From Eledone cirrhosa (taxonomy: Eukaryota): 64,000 nucleotides of DNA. The notes below the pieces were generated by a model that was given only the letters and a program-made list of their open reading frames with translations, was not told the DNA's origin and did not search any database. Numbering within the stretch: the first letter of the stretch is position 1; the number at the start of each line of letters is the position of its first letter. This document shows, one piece after another, positions 55,960-64,000 of this stretch. The position numbers were made by a program, and so were the translations under genes. Location of the stretch: the NCBI GenBank assembly GCA_964016885.1, contig OZ024742.1:228966001-229030000 (forward strand). Direction: 5' to 3'.

Positions 55960-56137
55960 TGTAATGTATCGTTTTATTGGTTAATTTCATCTTCTTATTG
56001 GCTAATCAACCAACTGTAGTAATTTTTGCTCAAAAGCATCCGTCACTTTGTTTGCACGTTTACTTATCGTTTCGCTTTCGAATCTTCCTCCAGTAATTCG
56101 TCGTTTATCATCAAAATATTTTTCTCATTTTGGTAAG
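55960..56137 (+). promoter_or_regulatory. Possible promoter and first non-coding exon
   Basis: Two ATTGG (reverse CCAAT) at 55976 and 55997, locally CpG-richer sequence, then a ttg|GTAAGT donor-like site at 56132. Confidence 0.2.
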
Positions 56138-56337
56138 TTATATTGTTAATTTATATATGATTTTTTAAATTCATATTAACTATTAAAAGTCTGAAAATAT
56201 TTTTATACATCTTACAATAATATTTATAAGATCATTTATAAAATAACAATTATATAATCTAATTACATTACAGCGATAATGTAATATTAATATATATCAT
56301 GTTTAACTAGAGTTATTACAAGCGTTAACTTAAAAAA

Positions 56338-56751
56338 ATATTAAACTAGACCTGAAAAATGCGCATGCATTTTTCAGGTCTAGTTTAATATTTGGACAAG
56401 AGTTGTTGCTCACAAATATTGTAATCATTATCTATCGTATAATCTGTGGCATCCTTTTATAAAAAAGTGACTCATAACGAACTCAAGACGACACGATAAT
56501 TAAGTGAATTGATAATATAGAATTCGGTTTAAGTGCGTTTCGTATTAATCATTACTAAACATCTAATATGATAAATTGAACATTAGCTTAAATAATTATC
56601 GTGTCGTCTTGAGTTCGTTATGAGTCTCTTTTTTTATAAAAGGATGCCACAGATTGTACGATAGATAATGATTACAATATTTTTTAGCAACAACTCTAGT
56701 CCCATACTTTTGAAGGTTTATTATAACGTTCTGTGGCATTTTTCAGGTCTA

Positions 56752-56752
<1 letters not shown>
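56338..56752. repeat. Compound fold-back: hairpin 56338-56391 plus inverted arms 56400-56501 and 56594-56696
   Basis: ctagacctgaaaaatgc-gcat-gcatttttcaggtctag; gcatttttcaggtctag recurs at about 56737-56752. Confidence 0.8.
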
Positions 56753-56841
<89 letters not shown>

Positions 56842-56846
<5 letters not shown>

Positions 56847-58120
56847 TAAAAATAATGAATAAAAACAAAGAAACAGTTCCTTATATTAAAAAATTCATCA
56901 TTTTACGATCGTTTCTAGGATATATATGTGTGTGTTGGTATGTATATCATATAGACCTATGTAAAATTTTTACAAACTATCAGAGGGAATATACATACCT
57001 ACACATATATATGCTGTCATCAGAAATAATGATATTTGTTTATTGAAAAAAAACAACAAAGATTTAATATAATAGGTCTGATTGGGAACAGGTTTTGAAT
57101 TGACCAATAGAAAGGTAGTAAGTGGTCAAGTTGATAGAATAGTAGTAATAGAAATTTAATTTAGGGGTAGAGGAAAGCAGACTTCAGTTTTGAATGGAAA
57201 GAGTATTTTGAATGAAAAGATTACTTTGGGGATGAAAATAGGTCAAGCCGGTGAAAGGTACACGAAAATTTGACGTTATAAAAGAATAATGCTAATGTTA
57301 AAATCTAAGGAGAATAAAAGTTTATGATAAATGTGTTAGTGAAAAATATCAATCTTATTTAAAACATAAGGAATTTAGATCTATAAGCATTATTTTTTAT
57401 AACATTATTCTTTTATAACATCAAATTTTCGTGTACTTTTCATCGGCTTGACCTATTTTCATCCCCAAAGTAATCTTTTCATTCAAAATACTCTTTCCAT
57501 TCAAAACTGAAGTCTGCTTTCCTCTACCCCTAAATTAAATTTCTATTAGTACTATTCTATCATCTTGACCACTTACTACCTTTCTATTGGTCAATTCAAA
57601 ACCTGTTCCCAAACAGACCTATTATATTAAATCTTTGTTGTTTTTTTTTCAATAAACAAATATCATTATTTCTGAGGCCCTTTCCATTCTGATTTCAAAT
57701 ACCGCCGAGGTCAACTTTGCCTTTCATCCTTACGGGGTCGATAAAATGAAGTACCAGTAATGTACTGGCTAATTGCTGGCCTTGTGCCAAAAGTAGAAAC
57801 AATTATTTCTGAAGACAGCATATATATGTGTAGGTATGTATATTCCCTCTGATAGCTTGTAAACATTTTACATAGATCTATATGATATACATACCAACAC
57901 ACACATATATATCCTTGAAACGATCGTAAAATGATGAATTTTTTAATATAAGAACTGTTTCTTTGTTTTTATTCATTATTTTTATTAATTTATCTTGACT
58001 CTGTTTTCCTGTGTTTTTCATCGAAAAAATTTTGAATACATATTCTCTTTTCATGATATTTGGATTACATTGAGTTCTTCATAAGTTTTGGACACTACCG
58101 TATATTTTGGTAGATTTATC

Positions 58121-58122
<2 letters not shown>
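56842..58122. mobile_element. Family A large fold-back with an HHR in each arm (56895-57032 minus; 57802-57937 plus)
   Basis: 56842-57300 is inverted against about 57400-57990; the right arm is interrupted by a SINE and continues to (TA)n. Confidence 0.75.
57676..57801 (+). mobile_element. 5'-truncated Nin/Deu-domain SINE with 11-bp TSD
   Basis: attatttctga at 57665-57675 and 57802-57812. Confidence 0.8.
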
Positions 58123-58166
<44 letters not shown>

Positions 58167-58251
58167 ATTATAATGTTGTAGAAGAGTAGGACATAAATCT
58201 TATAGAGTTTTACATCAGCGTCGGCAAAATTTATGACTACACTATATAAAC

Positions 58252-58364
<113 letters not shown>

Positions 58365-58401
58365 AAATGTGTGAAATCCTTGGTACAGTCAGGTATATTT
58401 G

Positions 58402-58524
58402 AAAAAAGGAAAAGAATGACTTCCCTTATAGTTCTAAACAATTAGATTTAATTTTATAATATAATATTATAAAATTAAATCAAATTGTTTTGAACTACAA
58501 GTGAAGCCATTCTTTTCCTTTTTT
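58402..58524. repeat. Diverged fold-back palindrome
   Basis: Centre ataatat-a-atattat at 58463; aaaaggaaaagaatg versus cattcttttcctttt. Confidence 0.8.
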
Positions 58525-58864
58525 ACAAAAAAAAAAAAATAAAAAAAAAAATATACATATAATATCGCCCAGCGAAAAAGAAAAGCTGGTGTAACAGGTA
58601 CCATTGTTGTCAAGACTCATGTTTGGAATGGAGTGAAAGAAAGTGAAATAAACAATCTTGCTGAAGGACACAAACTGTCAAACCACACTCTTAAATAACT
58701 GGTGTAAGTGAAATAGATACACACGAAGAGGAGACAAAAATCTCCGAACTGCAACATAAGGATGCTTTTTCGTATTCGAATGAATAATAACTCTTCATTC
58801 GTGACATTGCGACCAGTTAAAAAAGAAAATAGTGTATTTATATTGACATTAAATCTAACGTGAA

Positions 58865-58909
<45 letters not shown>

Positions 58910-59029
58910 GTTATTCCGGGTTGAATCGGAGGTAACCACAGTAAGTAAGGTACTCAATACATTGCAGAGTATAACAGTTTTAATATAGAATGAAACAGTT
59001 CTAGTCCTGTAGAATCTCATCTATATTAA

Positions 59030-59067
<38 letters not shown>

Positions 59068-59255
59068 GTGTCTGTGTCTATGTGTGTGTGTGTGAGTGTG
59101 TGCGTGTGAGTGTGTGAGTGTGTGCGTATGACTGGTTGACTTGCTAAACATTGAGAAATTTGAGAAATTCGAAAAATAGTTATTTACAATGTAGATAATT
59201 ATAATAGTAAATAAATATTTTCTAGAGTTACGAACTGTTATTATTGCTATGTAAC

Positions 59256-59399
59256 AGCATAGTTACGTCCCTTTACGATCTGAGTTCAAATTCCGCCGAG
59301 GTTAACTTTGCCTTTCATCCTTACGGGGTCGATAAAATAAAGTACCAGTAATGAACTGGGATAATTGCTGGCCTTGTGCCTAAAGTAGAAACAATTATT
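59256..59399 (+). mobile_element. Nin/Deu-domain SINE, 5'-truncated
   Basis: Core and tail as in 28969; ttattgctat occurs near both flanks. Confidence 0.78.
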
Positions 59400-59447
59400 G
59401 CTATCTATACTACGGCACCTATATAGTCAAATTGCATGTAACATAAC

Positions 59448-59565
<118 letters not shown>

Positions 59566-61611
59566 AAGTGTTGTAATTATATGATTTCACCGATCGTATG
59601 TACTCAACTCTTGTCAGTGTAAAATAACCACTAGAATATCAACATGAATGCGAACAATTGAAATCAAACGCCCAATGTAGGGTCAGTTACATAGAAAATT
59701 TCATCTTGGTCAATAACTTAAATGATGACTTTTCTAAGCACACTTCAACAAGTGACATTAATTTAATCTATCTGATCTAGAAGCTTCCAGGCACTTGGGA
59801 AGTTCATCGGAAATGAGTTCGACTCTAAAGACTCCTATGAAAGAATTTGGCACAAATGTATAATTATGAAAAATTCCCTTCTAATAGAAATATTACCTTA
59901 GGGAAGGAAGATCGCGAGGAAGGTAAACAGGATGGAAATTAGAAGATTCAAACTCCTGCCAATATCGGAAATTGCTTTAACGAAAGAGTTAAGATATGAT
60001 TAACGTTTTGAAAACTGCGACTGGAAGAAGCAGAAAATGTACCAACTCATAAACGTATTGTATGAAATATAAGTATTATATATATGTAATTATATATTAT
60101 AATATTATATTAAATTAAACTTAAAACAACCATAAGAGAATTATACTTTTCCACTGTCGCGGTAGTCATTATATTTATAATGGCTTTGATTTTAGGCAAA
60201 AGGCAAGCAACTTGGGGGTGGTAAACTCCAATAAATAAGCCCCCAGTATTTGACTAGTACTCAATTTTGTCAATACCAGAAGAGTGAAAGGCAAAATTAG
60301 CCTTTCACTCTTGAATGGATTGAATGTAAAGAGCTAGAAGAAATAGCGCAAAGCATTTTATCCGACGCTCTACCAATTTTGCTAAAGTACCCCCCTTAAT
60401 TGCAGTTTCAATACAATAGCAAATACGCAGTAGGCATTGACGGAGTCTTTAGGTGTCAGATAGAAATATTTAAGGTATTTGTTCCGTCTTTTTATATTCC
60501 GAATAGTTCATATTCCACCAAAATTAACTTCTGACTTGTCTGACGGGAACACTTCTAATTCAAGATATGATAGAAACCTTAATCAGGATATTGCACTTAA
60601 GGAGGTAGATTGGCTTGGCAATGTCCTTAGGGAAAACGTATTGAATGTTTTGTGCTATTTATTCATTCAGACTCACTGTCATCCGAATTCAACTTCGTCT
60701 GTCATCCCTTCGATAAAATAACGTATCAGTCGGAGGTTGATTGGAGAGAATCCTGAAAGTATTGGATAAAATATCTTGCAATATTTGTTTTGGTGCTTCG
60801 TCGGTTGAGTGGGTTATAGAATGAATCTATCGCCTGGCTCAAAACCAGCATCTTGTCTATGTTTGTTTCCGGCGGAGTTCCCTCTACTGTAAACATTCAA
60901 ACAATGTCTAACGTCTGTAGATAACTTCTATCCACCTATCTTCTCTTTCACCAGGGTGGAACTCCACGACGAGGGACATTGTCATTACTCATCCTTCCAT
61001 GGCCAAACACTAAAAACCACAAACAAAAACAAAAGAAAAACGTCCAGTTATCTACCAAAGAATATAAGAAGACTCCTATTAAACCGCTTTGAAAAATGTG
61101 ACAAAGCACAGATGATGTGTGTTCTGAGTTCAAATCTCGTCTCCTTCTACATAGTGTTGAGCCTAGAAGATGATATTCGCAATGGAAAGACAAATGAAAA
61201 CATAGGTAGTTGTTACCAGGTCTTACATTTTGATATAATTTCAATAACAGTTCATATACATTATGAATTTATCTATGAAGAGAAAAAAGAAACAATCATT
61301 TTCAAACACAGAGGCATGTATGTATGTATGTATGTATGTATGTATGTATGTATGTATGTATGTATGTATGTATGTATGTATGTGTGTATTTATAGGTGTA
61401 TGTATATATCTATGTGTGTATCTATGTACACACGCACACATACACATATACCCTCCTCCATATATATATAACAAGAATCAAACCCATAAATATATGTAGT
61501 ACGTACTGAATTACGTTTATAAAGAATACAAGTTAATTGGAAGTTATGACACCATGTTTAAATGAAATAAAACCTGAAACTTTAATAATGATCAAACAAG
61601 AGTTACAGATG

Positions 61612-61642
<31 letters not shown>

Positions 61643-61787
61643 GATATGGCAATGTTATGATTGAGAATTCTATTAAACATAAAATTCACACGACGTTCAA
61701 CAATACAGTAACAGAGTGGGAGAGAGTGATAGGGACAGAGAGGGAGAGATATAAATAAACATACGGAGATAATTAGACAGATATACC

Positions 61788-61880
<93 letters not shown>

Positions 61881-61922
61881 TTATATTTATATTTATATAC
61901 ATACATATACATACACACATAC

Positions 61923-61994
<72 letters not shown>

Positions 61995-61997
61995 TCC

Positions 61998-62056
<59 letters not shown>

Positions 62057-62058
<2 letters not shown>

Positions 62059-62494
62059 TAGTTTTGCGAGGTTTTTGATATGAAATCGTGTGTCGAAACA
62101 AATATTGTTATACTTGGGGAGGGTCATATTTGTGTAATATTGCCAGAATTAATAACAGAACACACTCACTGTTTGGTTGGTTTTCGCTTTTCGCTTCTGT
62201 GCCTTTTATATCGGTAATCTAATTTATTCGGTCCTCAATGTTGCCATTGACTGACCAACGGTCACAAATAATACAGATACAATATAGACACAAACACATG
62301 TGTTTGAGTCTATATTGTATCTGTATTATTTTTGATCGTCGGTCAGTCGATGGCAACATTGAGGACCGAGTAAGTTAGATTACCGATATAAAAGGCACAG
62401 AAGCGAAAATCGAAAACCAACCAAACAGTGAGTGTGTTCTGTTATTAATTCTGGCAATATTACACAAATATGACCCTCGCCAAGTATAACAATA
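62057..62494 (-). mobile_element. Family F fold-back copy
   Basis: Turn aaacaca|tgtgttt at 62298/62299; arms of about 195 bp with several mismatches. Confidence 0.8.
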
Positions 62495-62525
62495 TATAAA
62501 TATAAATATATATCTAAATATCTAA

Positions 62526-62652
<127 letters not shown>

Positions 62653-62661
62653 TATATATAG

Positions 62662-62727
<66 letters not shown>

Positions 62728-62932
62728 CCAGAAGGAGAGGTAGGAATAGAAGTATAGACGTTCAATAGTTCTGTCTATTCTTTGTTAAATGAAGTAACAA
62801 AAGCTGAGTAGATGATGGTTTAACTATTGATGTAAGAATTAATATTCTTCTTTCTTCTCCTGTAACATCTATGTCTTTCATGGCATTGTTCAGAAAATCG
62901 AAATTAATTGATCGTGATAAAGGTTCACTTTT

Positions 62933-63017
62933 ATTTTGTATTCGTACCTAGATCACTAAACAAACACACAGAATTGCGTATGTGTGTATGTAGTGATCTA
63001 GGTACGAATAGAAAATA
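62933..63017. repeat. Short fold-back
   Basis: tattcgtacctagatcacta versus tagtgatctaggtacgaata. Confidence 0.75.
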
Positions 63018-63217
63018 CAATGTATGTATGTATGTATGTATGTATGTATGTATGTATGTATGTATGTATGTATGTATGTATGTATGTATGTATGTATGTA
63101 TGTATGTATGTATGTATGTATGTATGCATATATATATATATTTATATATATATATATAGATATATATATATATATACATATATATACATATATATGTATA
63201 AACATATAACTGTATAC

Positions 63218-63260
<43 letters not shown>

Positions 63261-63268
63261 TAAATATA

Positions 63269-63980
<712 letters not shown>

Positions 63981-64000
63981 ATATATGTATATATATATAT

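Noticed and set aside
59690-60060. Coding-looking unique sequence
   Set aside because: No ORF in the supplied track, stops in the frame read by eye, and no recognisable motif
61537-61758. Poly-Q ORF as a host exon
   Set aside because: Short (CAA)n microsatellite; no recognisable domain or convincing splice sites

Overview
AT-rich eukaryotic non-coding DNA saturated with (TA)n, (CA)n, (TATC)n and (TATG)n microsatellites and transposon debris. The SINE families look like octopod cephalopod SINEs (from recall, not verified). No host protein-coding exon can be supported, and most ORFs in the track are microsatellite translations. Main contents: (1) three L1/Tx1-clade LINEs, each embedded in a (TATC)n tract: a 5'-truncated copy, a decayed full-length copy, and a nearly intact copy with ORF1 plus ORF2 broken by one TGA; (2) Penelope-like element (PLE) fragments with GIY-YIG ends; (3) about 20 hammerhead-ribozyme-like motifs from roughly ten short repeat families, with palindromic stem III, stem II up to about 100 nt, stem covariation and a U3:A8 core variant; (4) more than 20 retro-insertions in (TA)n that are fold-back palindromes whose short arm appears copied from the long arm, turning at tiny self-complementary seeds, seen in PLE-, RTE- and SINE-derived inserts alike; (5) tRNA-derived SINEs, RTE remnants, Tc1/mariner/pogo MITEs and a probable Helitron fragment. 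All alignments and folds were done by eye and element boundaries are approximate.
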